From Gammaproteobacteria bacterium (GTDB taxonomy: Bacteria; Pseudomonadota; Gammaproteobacteria; Ga0077536), in assembly GCA_050247235.1 (NCBI GenBank), contig JBFWUN010000008.1, positions 11,219 through 75,218 of the forward strand: a stretch of DNA of 64,000 bases, in the 5' to 3' direction. A model generated the notes under the pieces. That model was not told the origin of the DNA. It searched no databases and was given only the letters and a program-made list of their open reading frames with translations. Numbering within the stretch: the first letter of the stretch is position 1; each line of letters begins with the position of its first letter. Shown here one piece after another: positions 33,629 through 46,483 of the stretch. Both the position numbers and the translations under genes were made by a program.

Positions 33629-34678
33629 TCAGCGCGCGGTCCGCGCCTCCGGCGCGATCGTCAGCCACATTGCGTCACCGTAGCTGAAGAACCGGTACCC
33701 GGACGCGACCGCGTGGCGATAGGCGGCCATCACGGCCGCGTGTCCCGCGAACGCCGCCACCAGCATCAGGAGCGTGGACTCCGGCAGGTGGAAGTTCGTC
33801 AGCAGGCAGTCGACCACCCGGAACTGGAAGCCCGGCCGGATGAACAGGCGCGTATCCCCGGTAAAGGGCGAGAGCACCCCTGCCTGCGCGGCGGTCTCGA
33901 GTGCGCGGACCGCCGTGGTACCCACCGCGATCACGCGCCCTCCCCGCGCGCGCGTCGCAGTGACGGCGTCGACCGTCCCGGCGCTCACGTCCAGCCATTC
34001 CGCATGCATCACGTGCGCCTCGAGCCGATCGGCGCGCACCGGCTGGAACGTACCGGCCCCCACGTGCAGCGTCACCTGGGTGCACCGCACGCCGCGCGCC
34101 GCCAGTGCCGCGAGCAACGCGGAGTCGAAATGGAGCCCGGCGGTCGGCGCCGCCACCGCGCCTGGCCGTCGCGCGAACACCGTCTGGTAGCGTTCGCGGT
34201 CGCCCGCATCGTCAGCGCGCGTGATGTAGGGTGGCAGCGGCATGTGGCCGTGAGACTCGAACAGCGGGGCCAGCGGGTCACCGCGCGCGGATTCCAGCAC
34301 GTAGAGACCTTCGGGGGTCTTCTCCACCACGTCCAGAACGGCGTCTCCTTCGACTTCCAGCCGCGCGCCCGGTCTCGGCGCCTTGCTCGCCCGGACGTGC
34401 GCAAGCGCCCGCCCCGGTGCGAGCAGGCGTTCGAGCAGGATCTCCACGCGTCCACCGCTCGTCTTGCGTCCGTGGAGCCGCGCCGGGATGACGCGCGTGT
34501 CATTCAGCACGAGCAGGTCCCCAGGCCGGATGAGCTCGACGAGATCCCGGATCGCACGGTCCGCCCGCGCGCCGGTGGCGCCGTCGAGCGTCAGCAGGCG
34601 CGCCGCCGAGCGTTCGGCGAGTGGCTGCTGGGCAATCCGCTCCGGAGGCAGGTCATAGTGGAAATCACCCCGCTGCAT
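33629..34678 (-). CDS. queA: S-adenosylmethionine:tRNA ribosyltransferase-isomerase
   Basis: 349 aa. [15 protein letters not shown] start and the [11 protein letters not shown]-terminus. Confidence 0.95.
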   Translation of the reverse strand: MQRGDFHYDLPPERIAQQPLAERSAARLLTLDGATGARADRAIRDLVELIRPGDLLVLNDTRVIPARLHGRKTSGGRVEILLERLLAPGRALAHVRASKAPRPGARLEVEGDAVLDVVEKTPEGLYVLESARGDPLAPLFESHGHMPLPPYITRADDAGDRERYQTVFARRPGAVAAPTAGLHFDSALLAALAARGVRCTQVTLHVGAGTFQPVRADRLEAHVMHAEWLDVSAGTVDAVTATRARGGRVIAVGTTAVRALETAAQAGVLSPFTGDTRLFIRPGFQFRVVDCLLTNFHLPESTLLMLVAAFAGHAAVMAAYRHAVASGYRFFSYGDAMWLTIAPEARTAR

Positions 34679-34716
34679 GCCCGGACTGTAGCGGATCCCG
34701 TCGCGCCCGTGAGGTG

Positions 34717-34746
34717 TCGATTCGGTCCCGCACCATCCCCTATACT
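34717..34746 (+). promoter_or_regulatory. Possible tRNA-Leu promoter (-10 TATACT at 34741-34746)
   Basis: A good -10 lies 16 nt upstream of the mature tRNA 5' end, followed by a GC-rich discriminator. The -35 is weak (TCGATT). Confidence 0.3.
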
Positions 34747-34762
34747 GGCGCCCCCTTCCCGG

Positions 34763-34849
34763 GCCGGGATGGCGGAATTGGTAGACGCGCTGGACTCAAA
34801 ATCCAGTATGGGAAACCATGTGTGGGTTCGAGTCCCACCCCCGGCACCA
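34763..34849 (+). tRNA. tRNA-Leu (anticodon CAA), with encoded CCA
   Basis: GCCGGGATGGCGGAATTGGTAGACGCGCTGGACTCAAAATCCAG..long variable arm..GTGGGTTCGAGTCCCACCCCCGGCACCA. Anticodon loop CT-CAA-AA. Colinear with E. coli tRNA-Leu(CAA). Confidence 0.93.
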
Positions 34850-35052
34850 CCGCCTCGCGCGGCCCCCGTACACCCGGATTTCGTGCTGGTGCGGACCGGC
34901 GCCAGGCGGCACCCGCTGCCCGCCGCCCGGACCGTGAGGCAAATCCGCCACGGAGCGGCGCGGCCGGGCGGCCTTCGCCGTGACTGGTGTGCGGTCGCGG
35001 CGGATGACGCCCGCGGAGCGACGCTGCCGTCGGGTCGTGCGACTCCCTGGGA

Positions 35053-35094
35053 CTGATCACGGTCAGCGGCGCGACGCTCCCGTGTTGCTATCCT
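35053..35094 (+). promoter_or_regulatory. FNR-like box CTGATcacgGTCAG plus extended -10 (TGcTATCCT) at class II spacing
   Basis: The box centre is 35059.5. The -10 hexamer starts at 35089, which is 29.5 bp from the centre. No -35 element. Confidence 0.5.
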
Positions 35095-35131
35095 GTGCCG
35101 GCATGTGCGCGCGACGCAGGAGAAGGCCGCG

Positions 35132-35356
35132 ATGACCCGAACGGATTCCGCCTCCTCACGTTCCGCTGTCCGGGCCTGCGAGCAGACCGAGTCCAGGGGC
35201 AATCGCGCGGCGGCGGGACGGCGCCATGCGCCGGGCGAGACCGCACGGGGGGCGAATACCATCCACCTGTTCGAAGCACCCTGCGCGCTGGCGCGGGGAT
35301 CGTCACCGGCGTATGCCCGGTTGGGGCCGGACCTGGACGGGGTGTGCCGCGCGTGA
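35132..35356 (+). CDS. Hypothetical 74-aa ORF (leader ORF?) coupled to the prs-like gene
   Basis: AGGAG lies 9 nt upstream of ATG 35132. The stop TGA overlaps the GTG of the next gene (GTGA). GC3 is about 78 percent by hand count. The product is Arg/Ala-rich, so it may be spurious. Confidence 0.25.
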   Translation: MTRTDSASSRSAVRACEQTESRGNRAAAGRRHAPGETARGANTIHLFEAPCALARGSSPAYARLGPDLDGVCRA

Positions 35357-36333
35357 AGTACGGTCCCCTCTCATTGTTTGCGCCCGGCGCGGCCGCGGCA
35401 CTCGGAGAGGCCGTCGCGGCTTCGCTGGGTATTCCGCTCGCCTCGCTCGAAGCGCGCGGGTTCGAAGATGGAGAACACAAGCTGCGCCCGCTCACGAGCG
35501 TGCGCGGGCGCGACGTCTTCCTGCTGGAGGCGCTGTACGGTGACGCACAGGAATCTCCGAACGATCGCCTGGTCAAGGCGCTGTTCTTCGCCGCGACATT
35601 GCGTGACCACGGCGCCGCGCGCGTCACGCTCATCGCGCCATACCTGTGTTATGCACGCAAGGATCGCCGCACCAAGCCGCGCGACCCCGTCGCCAGCCGC
35701 TACGTCGCACAACTCGTCGAGAGCGTCGGCATCGATCGGATCGTGACCCTCGACGTGCACAATCCGGCCGCCTACCAGAATGCGTTCCGGATCCCCGCCG
35801 AACATCTCGAGGCGGCGCCGCTGTTCGCCACCGAGATCCTGCGCCGCTGCGGAGACGCCCCGCTGTGCGTGGTGTCGCCGGATGCGGGCGGCATGAAGCG
35901 CGCGGAGACTCTGGCCGAGCACCTGGAACGGCGGGGCGGACGCCCGGTCGAGCGGGCGGTGATGCAGAAGAAGCGGAGCGCCGGCGTGGTCAGCGGCGAA
36001 GGGTTTGCAGGCGACGTTGCCGGACACACCGCGATCGTGGTGGACGACCTGGTCAGCACCGGTACGACGCTTGCACGTGCCGCCACGGCTTGCCGGGCGC
36101 GCGGGGCGCAGCGGATCCTGGCCGTTGTGACGCACGGCCTGTTCTCGCACGACGCCAATGCCGTGCTGAAGGACATGCCGATCGAAGCGCTGCTGGTGAC
36201 CGATACCGTCCCACCCTTCCGTCTCGATCCGTCCCTGCATGAGAGGTTGCACGTGCTGTCCGTCGCGCCGCTGCTCGGCCGCGCGATCCGGCGCCTGCAC
36301 GAAGACGGATCACTGGCGGACCTGGACGCCTGA
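35353..36333 (+). CDS. Ribose-phosphate pyrophosphokinase family protein (divergent Prs-like)
   Basis: Lies in the frame of ORF 35095..36333. GTG 35353 gives a 326-aa product. Contains YLCYARKDRR, TLDVHNPAAYQNAF and the PRPP loop IVVDDLVSTGTTL. The sequence upstream of the GTG does not look coding. Confidence 0.75.
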   Translation: MKYGPLSLFAPGAAAALGEAVAASLGIPLASLEARGFEDGEHKLRPLTSVRGRDVFLLEALYGDAQESPNDRLVKALFFAATLRDHGAARVTLIAPYLCYARKDRRTKPRDPVASRYVAQLVESVGIDRIVTLDVHNPAAYQNAFRIPAEHLEAAPLFATEILRRCGDAPLCVVSPDAGGMKRAETLAEHLERRGGRPVERAVMQKKRSAGVVSGEGFAGDVAGHTAIVVDDLVSTGTTLARAATACRARGAQRILAVVTHGLFSHDANAVLKDMPIEALLVTDTVPPFRLDPSLHERLHVLSVAPLLGRAIRRLHEDGSLADLDA

Positions 36334-37368
36334 AGACCCGGGTCGAGCACGCGCCGCGTATGCGGCGGCGAGCTCGAGGTACCGGGCGGCCCGTGCCAGC
36401 CATCGCGCGTGTTGTGCGACCGGGCAATCGAGCAGGTGCCACGCAGACAGTTTCGCGCGCAGCACCGCCCGGGTCGCGGTGTAGAACGCGGTGAGTGCGG
36501 GCGGAATGACCTCCGCGCAGGCGTCGGCATACGCCTGCAGCACCGCCGGCCCCACCCACGCGACCCCGGCGACCTCGCACTCCAGGCCGAGATAGGCGAA
36601 CTCGTCCACCGGATCGACAACCCGCAGCGCGGAATCGAACTCCAGGCAATCGATCACGACCGGTGGCGTGCCGAGATACAGGTGCTCGGGACGCAGATCG
36701 CCGTGCCCCTCGACGATGCGCCCGTCGCGCGCACGCGCTGCGAGCAGTGGCGCAGTGCGCGCGCAGGCCGCGGGCAGTGCCACGCCGAGCGTGCGCAGGA
36801 TTCCGCCCGCCAGCCGATAGCGCGGATGCGCCAGTTCGGCGAGGTTGTCGGCGAAGTCACGTTCGAAACGCCGCACGTAGGCGTGCGGATCACACGGCAC
36901 ACGCGGCGCCGCGCGGTAAAACGCACACAGCAGCGCGGTCACCGGCGCCAGGTCCGCGCGCGTCAGCCGGTGCTCGCGGATCAGCGCATCGAGCATCTGG
37001 CGCGTGTCGAGCCGGCGCATCTTCACCAGCCATTCGACGATCTCGCCGTCACCGTCGATCGCGAGGTGTCCCGCGTTATCGCGCGTCAGCGCAGTGACAC
37101 CGAGGTAGACGTCGGGTGCGAGTCGTCGATTGAGCGCGATCTCGGCGTGGCAGTGCCGCTGGCGGGCGTCCAGGGTGGCGAAGTCCACTGCCGCCCGCGT
37201 AATCGGCTTCTTGAGTTTGTAGACAAACCCGTCGGTCAGAAACACCCACGACATGTGCGTTTCGATCACATCGACCGCCTGCACAGGGTGCGGGTAGTGC
37301 GCGGGGTCCCGCAGGAACGCGACCTTCTCGTGCAGGGTGGGCGGCGGGGACGGCCTCAGGTCGTTCAT
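36310..37368 (-). CDS. Aminoglycoside-phosphotransferase-like (protein-kinase-fold) family protein
   Basis: 352 aa. [19 protein letters not shown].., catalytic-loop-like [10 protein letters not shown] and IDCLEFD. Its 3' end overlaps the convergent prs-like gene by 24 bp. Confidence 0.6.
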   Translation of the reverse strand: MNDLRPSPPPTLHEKVAFLRDPAHYPHPVQAVDVIETHMSWVFLTDGFVYKLKKPITRAAVDFATLDARQRHCHAEIALNRRLAPDVYLGVTALTRDNAGHLAIDGDGEIVEWLVKMRRLDTRQMLDALIREHRLTRADLAPVTALLCAFYRAAPRVPCDPHAYVRRFERDFADNLAELAHPRYRLAGGILRTLGVALPAACARTAPLLAARARDGRIVEGHGDLRPEHLYLGTPPVVIDCLEFDSALRVVDPVDEFAYLGLECEVAGVAWVGPAVLQAYADACAEVIPPALTAFYTATRAVLRAKLSAWHLLDCPVAQHARWLARAARYLELAAAYAARARPGSSGVQVRQ

Positions 37369-37450
37369 GCGGATCGGGCTCTCGCGACGCGGACCTTCGC
37401 GTCATTCTCGTCGTTCGCGCGCGGCGCGACCAGCACGCGAACCGGGGCAC

Positions 37451-37492
37451 TTGATCGCCGTCAGCACTGCTCCGGGCCGCCAGGCCGATAAT
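37451..37492 (+). promoter_or_regulatory. FNR-like box TTGATcgccGTCAG plus -10 GATAAT at class II spacing
   Basis: The box centre is 37457.5. GATAAT starts at 37487, which is 29.5 bp from the centre. AGGAGG at 37509-37514 follows, then GTG 37520. Confidence 0.55.
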
Positions 37493-37519
37493 GCGACGGA
37501 CGTGAACAGGAGGACCGCC

Positions 37520-39315
<1,796 letters not shown>

Positions 39316-39319
<4 letters not shown>

Positions 39320-40302
39320 CCACCAAGCCCCGCCTGGACCACGCCCACCTGCTGCACCTGCTCGGCACGATGCTCCGCATCCGCGCGTTCGAGTCGAAAT
39401 GCGCCGAACTCTACCAGCGCCAGAAGATCCGCGGCTTCCTGCATCTCTACGACGGCGAGGAAGCGATCTCCACGGGCGTGATGGTCGCGTTGCGCCCGGA
39501 GGATTCGGTGGTCGCCACCTACCGCGAGCATGGCCAGGCAATCGCGCGCGGCATCCCGCTGACGGCGCTGATGGCCGAGATGTACGGCAAGGTGGAAGGC
39601 TGCTGCCGCGGGCGGGGCGGCTCGATGCACCTGTTCGATCGGAGTCGCCGCTTCTTCGGTGGCAACGCGATTGTCGGCGGCGGACTGCCGCTGGCGGTCG
39701 GAATTGCGCTTGCCGATCACCTGCGCGGGACGGCGGCAGCCACGGCCTGTTTCTTCGGAGAAGGCGCGGTGGACGAGGGTGAGTTCCACGAGAGCCTCAA
39801 TCTCGCGGCGCTGTGGAAACTGCCGGTACTGTTCGTGTGCGAGAACAACCTGTACTCGATGGGTACACCCGTCGCGATCGCGGAGTCAGTCACCGATATC
39901 GCCGCCAAGGCCGCCGGTTACGGCATGCCCGGGGTGGCCGTGGACGGGATGGACGTCGTCGCGGTCGAAGTCGCGGCCGCGCGCGCCTTGGAGGCGATCC
40001 GCGCCGGCGGCGGCCCGCAGCTGCTGGAATGCCGCACGTATCGCTTCCGTGCCCACTCGATGTTCGACGCCCAGCTGTATCGCTCGAAGCAGGAAGTCGA
40101 GGACTGGAAGGCGCGCGACCCGATCGCGCGCTTCGAGACGTGGCTCACCGACAGCGGGCTGGTGTTCGCGGACGAGGTGCAGCGGCTCGCGGCCGCCGCG
40201 GACGCCGAGGTGGATGCGGCGGTCGCATTCGCCGAGGCCGGCACGTGGGAGCCGGTGGAAGACCTCACGCGCTTCGTCACCTTGGAGGCGGTGCCGACAT
40301 GA
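39316..40302 (+). CDS. Thiamine-diphosphate-dependent 2-oxoacid (pyruvate/acetoin-type) dehydrogenase E1 alpha subunit
   Basis: Lies in the frame of ORF 38878..40302. ATG 39316 forms an ATGA overlap with the acs-like stop. YREHG, and the TPP motif [31 protein letters not shown]. Confidence 0.88.
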
Positions 40303-41285
40303 GCGCGGAGACCATCACCTACCGGGAAGCCTGCAAACGCGCGATCCGCGACGCCCTCACGCACGACCCGCGCGTGTTCCTGATGGGCGAAGACGTCGGA
40401 CGCTACGGCGGCTGCTACGCCGTGACCAAGGGATTGCTGGAGGAGTTCGGCGACTCGCGCATCCGGGATACGCCGCTGTCCGAAAGCGCGTTCGTCGGCG
40501 CCGGTATCGGCGCTGCGATCGCCGGCCTGCGCCCGATCGTGGAGATCATGACCGTCAATTTCAGCCTGCTCGCGCTCGATCAGATCGTGAACAACGCGGC
40601 GACGATTCCGCACATGTCCGGCGGCCAGTTCGCGGTGCCACTCGTGATCCGCATGGCAACGGGCGCGGGGCGTCAGCTCGCCGCGCAGCACTCGCATTCC
40701 CTCGAGGGCTGGTATGCCCATGTGCCGGGCCTGATCGTGCTCGCCCCGGGGACGGTCGAAGATGCACGCCACATGCTCGCACCGGCGCTGGCGGATCCCA
40801 ATCCTGTGCTGATCTTCGAACACGTGATGCTCTACAACAGCGAGGATGCGCTCGATCCCGCGGTGACCGGGGTCGACATCCGTTCCGCGAAGATCCGGCG
40901 CGCCGGACGCGATGTCACGCTCGTGACGTATGGCGGCAGCCTGCCCAAGACGCTGGCGGCCGCCGACAGCCTCGCGGCGGAGGGCATCGAGGCCGAAGTC
41001 GTCGACCTGCGGGTGCTGCGCCCGCTCGACATGGATACTGTCGCCGCGTCGGTCGCGCGCACACACCGCTGCGTGATCGTCGACGAGGGCTGGCGCAGCG
41101 GGTCACTCGCGGCCGAGATCGGTATGCGCCTCGTCGAGAACGTGTTCTTCGAACTGGACGCGCCGCTCGCCCGCGTCTGCAGTGCGGAGGTCCCGATCCC
41201 GTACGCCGCGCACCTTGAGCAGGCGGCGCTGCCGCAGCCCGGGGCGATCGCGGACGCTGCGCGTGCGCTGGTGAAACCCGCGTGA
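40299..41285 (+). CDS. 2-oxoacid dehydrogenase E1 beta subunit
   Basis: Lies in the frame of ORF 39813..41285. ATG 40299 forms an ATGA overlap. [38 protein letters not shown] is typical of E1 beta. Confidence 0.88.
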   Translation: MSAETITYREACKRAIRDALTHDPRVFLMGEDVGRYGGCYAVTKGLLEEFGDSRIRDTPLSESAFVGAGIGAAIAGLRPIVEIMTVNFSLLALDQIVNNAATIPHMSGGQFAVPLVIRMATGAGRQLAAQHSHSLEGWYAHVPGLIVLAPGTVEDARHMLAPALADPNPVLIFEHVMLYNSEDALDPAVTGVDIRSAKIRRAGRDVTLVTYGGSLPKTLAAADSLAAEGIEAEVVDLRVLRPLDMDTVAASVARTHRCVIVDEGWRSGSLAAEIGMRLVENVFFELDAPLARVCSAEVPIPYAAHLEQAALPQPGAIADAARALVKPA

Positions 41286-42478
41286 CCGATTTCCTGATGC
41301 CGTCGCTCGGCGCCGACATGGTGTCCGGCATCCTGGTCGAATGGCACGTCGAGCCGGGCGCCAGGCTGCAGCGCGGCGACATCATCGGTGTGGTGGAGAC
41401 GGAGAAGGGCGCGATCGACATCGAGGTGTTCGAGGATTGCGTCGTCACCGAGCTCGTCGTCGCGCCGGGCACGGAGGTGAAGGTCGACGGCGTGCTCGCC
41501 CGCTTGCAGGTGGCCGGTGACGTCCTGTCGCCTGTGGCGGCATCCGCTGCACCACCCCTGCCGCGTGCGCCGCGCGGGCCACCCGCGGCCCCGATCCCAC
41601 CCGTCGAAGGCGCGAAGCCGGCAGTGCGCGCGCCGTTACCGGCCACCGGGACTCTGGCGAGCCCGGCGGCGCGCCGACGCGCGGTCGCGCTGGGCGTCGA
41701 TCTCGCCGGCGTGCAGGGCACCGGCGTGGGCGGCGCCGTGTGCCTGGCCGACGTCGAGCGCATCGCGGCCGCGGCGCCCGCGGCCGCCGCACGCAAACCC
41801 CGCGGCGGCTTCGATCCGACCGCGATGCGCCGTGCGATCGGCCACGCGATGGCCCGTGCGAAGCGCGAGATCCCGCATTACTACCTCACCCACGCGATCC
41901 CGCTCGGCGCCGCACTCGCGTGGCTGGCCGGGTTCAACCGGTCTCGCGCGGTGACGGAACGCCTGCTGCCGGCCGCGCTGCTGCTGAAAGCAACGGGCCT
42001 CGCGGTCGCCCGGCATCCCGAACTCAATGGATTCTTCGAGCACGACGCTTTCCGCCCCGCGCGCGGGGTGCATCTCGGATGGGCCATCGCGCTGCGCGGC
42101 GGCGGGCTCATTGCACCCGCGATCCACGACGTCGATCGCCGGCCGCTGCCCGAGCTGATGGCCGCACTGCGCGACCTCGTGCAACGCGCGCGCGGTGGCG
42201 GCCTGCGCAGCTCGGAGCTGATGGACCCCGGCCTCACGGTCACCAGCCTCGGCGAGCGCAGCGCGGACACCGTCATTCCCGTGATCTACCCGCCGCAGGT
42301 CGCCGTCATCGGTTTCGGCAGCGTCGTGGACCGCCCGTGGGTCGTGGCGGGTGCGGTGACCGCACAGCCGGTGGTCAATGCGAGCCTCGCCGCCGACCAC
42401 CGTGTCAGCGATGGCCACCGCGGCGCGCAACTGCTGGCGGACATCGCGGACCGACTGCAACACCCGGAATCGCTATGA
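41282..42478 (+). CDS. Dihydrolipoamide acyltransferase E2 (lipoyl domain, subunit-binding domain and catalytic domain)
   Basis: 398 aa. The GTG start overlaps the E1 beta stop (GTGA). Lipoyl-lysine context [13 protein letters not shown], a Pro/Ala linker, the PSBD-like [23 protein letters not shown] and catalytic DHRVSDG. Confidence 0.88.
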   Translation: MTDFLMPSLGADMVSGILVEWHVEPGARLQRGDIIGVVETEKGAIDIEVFEDCVVTELVVAPGTEVKVDGVLARLQVAGDVLSPVAASAAPPLPRAPRGPPAAPIPPVEGAKPAVRAPLPATGTLASPAARRRAVALGVDLAGVQGTGVGGAVCLADVERIAAAAPAAAARKPRGGFDPTAMRRAIGHAMARAKREIPHYYLTHAIPLGAALAWLAGFNRSRAVTERLLPAALLLKATGLAVARHPELNGFFEHDAFRPARGVHLGWAIALRGGGLIAPAIHDVDRRPLPELMAALRDLVQRARGGGLRSSELMDPGLTVTSLGERSADTVIPVIYPPQVAVIGFGSVVDRPWVVAGAVTAQPVVNASLAADHRVSDGHRGAQLLADIADRLQHPESL

Positions 42479-42711
42479 AAGACCCTGACATCCGCGCGCT
42501 CGTTGCCGACGTGCTCGGCGGCATCGCGCCCGAAGCCGATCTCGCCTCCGTCCGCGACGACGAAGACCTGCGGATGGCGTTCGATCTCGACTCGATGGAC
42601 TTCCTGAATCTCGTGGTCGGATTGCACGAACGCACGGGGGTCGACGTGCCGGAGGCGGACTACCCCAGACTGTTCACGCTCGGAGGAATCGTCGCGTACT
42701 TCGCGAACTGA
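42475..42711 (+). CDS. Stand-alone acyl/peptidyl carrier protein (phosphopantetheine-binding)
   Basis: 78-aa product inside the frame of ORF 41740..42711. ATG 42475 forms an ATGA overlap with the E2 stop. FDLDSMDFLNLVVGLHERTG matches the carrier-protein DS(L/M) helix-II motif. Confidence 0.7.
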   Translation: MKDPDIRALVADVLGGIAPEADLASVRDDEDLRMAFDLDSMDFLNLVVGLHERTGVDVPEADYPRLFTLGGIVAYFAN

Positions 42712-42754
42712 CGGTCCGGGCGACGCGGCAAATTCATCCTCGCGGCGCGCCGCC

Positions 42755-44380
<1,626 letters not shown>

Positions 44381-44396
44381 CGGAGCCTCCCGGCGA

Positions 44397-44482
44397 AATC
44401 GGGGACAGACCCCGATTCCGGTGAATCCGTGATCGCGACTGATTGCGGAAATCGGCGAAATCGGGGTCTGTCCCCGGTTTCG
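44397..44482. repeat. Pair of inverted REP-like hairpin units (REPIN-like doublet) in the groEL-like leader
   Basis: Unit 1 is AATCGGGG-ACAGA-CCCCGATT (44397-44417). Unit 2 is CGAAATCGGGG-TCTGT-CCCCGGTTTCG (44456-44482). The two units are mutual reverse complements over 18 nt. The direct repeat CGGCGAAATCGGGG occurs twice. Confidence 0.6.
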
Positions 44483-44491
44483 GGTGGACGC

Positions 44492-44533
44492 ACGATAGCG
44501 GGAACGGGTCCGCAGCGCGTTGATCGGCCTCAA
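44492..44533 (-). promoter_or_regulatory. FNR-like box TTGATcggcCTCAA plus -10 TATCGT at class II spacing (drives the groEL-like gene)
   Basis: The box is 44520-44533, centre 44526.5. The minus-strand TATCGT starts at 44497, which is 29.5 bp from the centre. This is the best palindrome of the five (9/10 to TTGAT-N4-ATCAA). Confidence 0.55.
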
Positions 44534-44549
44534 CGGCGCGCAGCGCGGA

Positions 44550-45938
44550 TTACACTGCGATCGACTGCCCGTAGGCCGCCTCGACGGCACGTACCCCGCA
44601 GGCCCGGTCGAGCGCCGCGGCCAGCCCCGCCATCGCGACGGGCTCGCCGTGCACGAGCACGACCGGGGGACGACCCTCGATGTGCGCGTACCATTCGAGC
44701 AGCCCGCGCTGATCCGCGTGAGCCGACTTGCCGCCCACCGTGTGGACGGTCGCGTTGACGGCGATCGTCTCGCCCCACAGGCGGATGTGTCGCGCCCCTT
44801 CCACGAGTGCGCGTCCGAGCGTGCCCGCGGCCTGGAAACCCACGATCATCACGTGCGCCTGGCGGCGCCACGCGTTGTGCTTGAGATGATGCTTGATGCG
44901 CCCGCCAGTGCACATGCCGCTGCCGGCAATGATGATGGCCCCGCCGGTAAGCCGATTGAGCGCCATCGATTCCTCGCTCGTCCGGGTGAAGTGCACGTTC
45001 GGCAGGTGGAACGGCCGCTCCAGGGTGTCCAGCCATTCACGCGTGCGCGCATCGTGCAGGCGCGCGTGCCGCGCATACACCGCGGTCGCGTCGATCGCTA
45101 GCGGGCTGTCGAGGAAGATGCGCCAGCGTTCGAGCCCCCAGTCTTCATAGTGCTGGCCGAACACGTAGAGCAGTTCCTGTGCCCGTCCGACCGCAAACGA
45201 CGGGATGAGAATGTTGCCGCCCGCCGCGCGCGCACTGGCGACGATCTCGCCCATCTCCCGCCAGGTTGCATCCCACGCGCGGTGCACCCGGTCGCCGTAA
45301 GTGCTTTCCATCACGACGAGGTCCGCATGGCGGACGAGCTCGGGATCACGCAGGATGGGTGCGCCGCGATGACCGAGGTCGCCCGTGAAGACGATCCGCC
45401 GGCTCGTGCCGGCGGCGTTCACGCGCAGTTCCACGATCGCCGAACCGAGGATGTGCCCGGCGTCGCGCAGGGTGACGTGAATGCCGTCCAGGATCTCGGT
45501 TTCGACGCCGTACTCGATTGCGCGCAAGAGCGGCTTTAGCCGCTGCACGTCCGCGCGCGTGTACAGCGGCGCCACCGGGGACAGGCCTTTCCGTTCGCGC
45601 TTGCGGTTCTCCCACTCGGCATCCTTTTCGTTCAGGTAGGCCGCATCCTCGAGCAGGATCCCGCAGAGGTCCGCCGTCGCAGGATGCGCATGCACGGGCC
45701 CCCGGTAGCCCTGCATCGCCAGCAGCGGCAACCGGCCGGAATGATCCAGGTGCGCATGGGTCAGCACCACGGCGTCGACATCTTCCGGCCGGAACGGAAA
45801 CGGATCGCGGTTGTGCCGTTCGTGACGGGGCGTGCCCTGCACCAGTCCGCAATCCACCAGGATTCTCCGACGGCCGGTTTCGACCAGGAAACAGGCGCCG
45901 GTGACTTCGCGCGTGGCGCCGAAAAACCGGATATTCAA
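44550..45938 (-). CDS. MBL-fold beta-CASP family hydrolase (RNase J/CPSF-like RNA-processing nuclease)
   Basis: 462 aa. The start is TTG, with GGAG 7 nt upstream. (M)[35 protein letters not shown] (HxHxDH), and beta-CASP motifs further on. Confidence 0.85.
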   Translation of the reverse strand: MNIRFFGATREVTGACFLVETGRRRILVDCGLVQGTPRHERHNRDPFPFRPEDVDAVVLTHAHLDHSGRLPLLAMQGYRGPVHAHPATADLCGILLEDAAYLNEKDAEWENRKRERKGLSPVAPLYTRADVQRLKPLLRAIEYGVETEILDGIHVTLRDAGHILGSAIVELRVNAAGTSRRIVFTGDLGHRGAPILRDPELVRHADLVVMESTYGDRVHRAWDATWREMGEIVASARAAGGNILIPSFAVGRAQELLYVFGQHYEDWGLERWRIFLDSPLAIDATAVYARHARLHDARTREWLDTLERPFHLPNVHFTRTSEESMALNRLTGGAIIIAGSGMCTGGRIKHHLKHNAWRRQAHVMIVGFQAAGTLGRALVEGARHIRLWGETIAVNATVHTVGGKSAHADQRGLLEWYAHIEGRPPVVLVHGEPVAMAGLAAALDRACGVRAVEAAYGQSIAV

Positions 45939-46020
45939 ACTAAGGCTCCCCGGCAGTGCGACGGCGGGATCCTAACAGCGCGGACCAGAGATGCGAGGCG
46001 CCAGTCGCCTTTGCCGTGCG

Positions 46021-46317
46021 TCATCCGCGGACTCCGAGCACGGGGCTGACGTTGCCCGCCACGGCCCGCCCGCGCAGTGCGATCCGGCTGCGGATGGTCG
46101 CTGCGCGCGACGTGCCCGTCATGTCGTCGTGCAGCGCGGGGAACGCGACGCCGCAGAACTGCGTGGCGCGTGCCCCGCCCGGCCATGCCGCTTCCGCCTG
46201 CGCGTCGTCCTGCGCGCCGAGCGCCGCGAGCGCCAGCAGGACGATCGACGCGCGCGAAGTCCGTGAAGGACGCGCCTGCCGGGTGACCGGTCGCGTACTC
46301 GGTACTCCGTTCTGCAT
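46021..46317 (-). CDS. Hypothetical small protein with possible signal peptide (98 aa)
   Basis: ATG 46317 with GGAG 6 nt upstream. High GC3 in frame. Hydrophobic segment SIVLLALAALGAQDDAQA. An FNR-type promoter is predicted upstream. No homology recognised. Confidence 0.4.
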   Translation of the reverse strand: MQNGVPSTRPVTRQARPSRTSRASIVLLALAALGAQDDAQAEAAWPGGARATQFCGVAFPALHDDMTGTSRAATIRSRIALRGRAVAGNVSPVLGVRG

Positions 46318-46346
46318 CGCTGGCTCCGCGGGTGACTGCAGGTACG

Positions 46347-46387
46347 TTTCTACGCCGCCGCGCGCGCCGCCGTTTGACCGCGATCAG
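46347..46387 (-). promoter_or_regulatory. FNR-like box TTGACcgcgATCAG in the divergent region between the small ORF/MBL operon and the sensor kinase
   Basis: The box is 46374-46387, centre 46380.5. The minus-strand TAGAAA starts at 46352, 1 bp off ideal class II spacing. No convincing plus-strand -10 at matching spacing. Confidence 0.4.
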
Positions 46388-46483
46388 AAATCGGATCGCA
46401 GCGGGCTCGATTGATCAGGGTCCGTCCGTCCCGATACAGTGCGTGCATGCACGGGGTGTCACAGGATGGCGCGGGAGGTGTAC

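Noticed and set aside
42712-42754. A bidirectional terminator between the convergent carrier-protein and groEL-like genes.
   Set aside because: I could not find a stem of useful length or any U-tract in the 43-nt gap.
44381-44550. A CIRCE (HrcA) operator or sigma32-type heat-shock promoter upstream of the groEL-like gene.
   Set aside because: No TTAGCACTC-N9-GAGTGCTAA-like sequence is visible, and no CTTGAA..CCCCAT-type sigma32 motif. The region instead carries the FNR-like box and the REP-like doublet.
46411-46424. A second TTGAT-containing element (TTGATcaggGTCCG) upstream of the sensor kinase.
   Set aside because: Only one half-site matches. Its distance to the only plausible -10 (TACAGT at 46435) fits neither class I nor class II FNR geometry.
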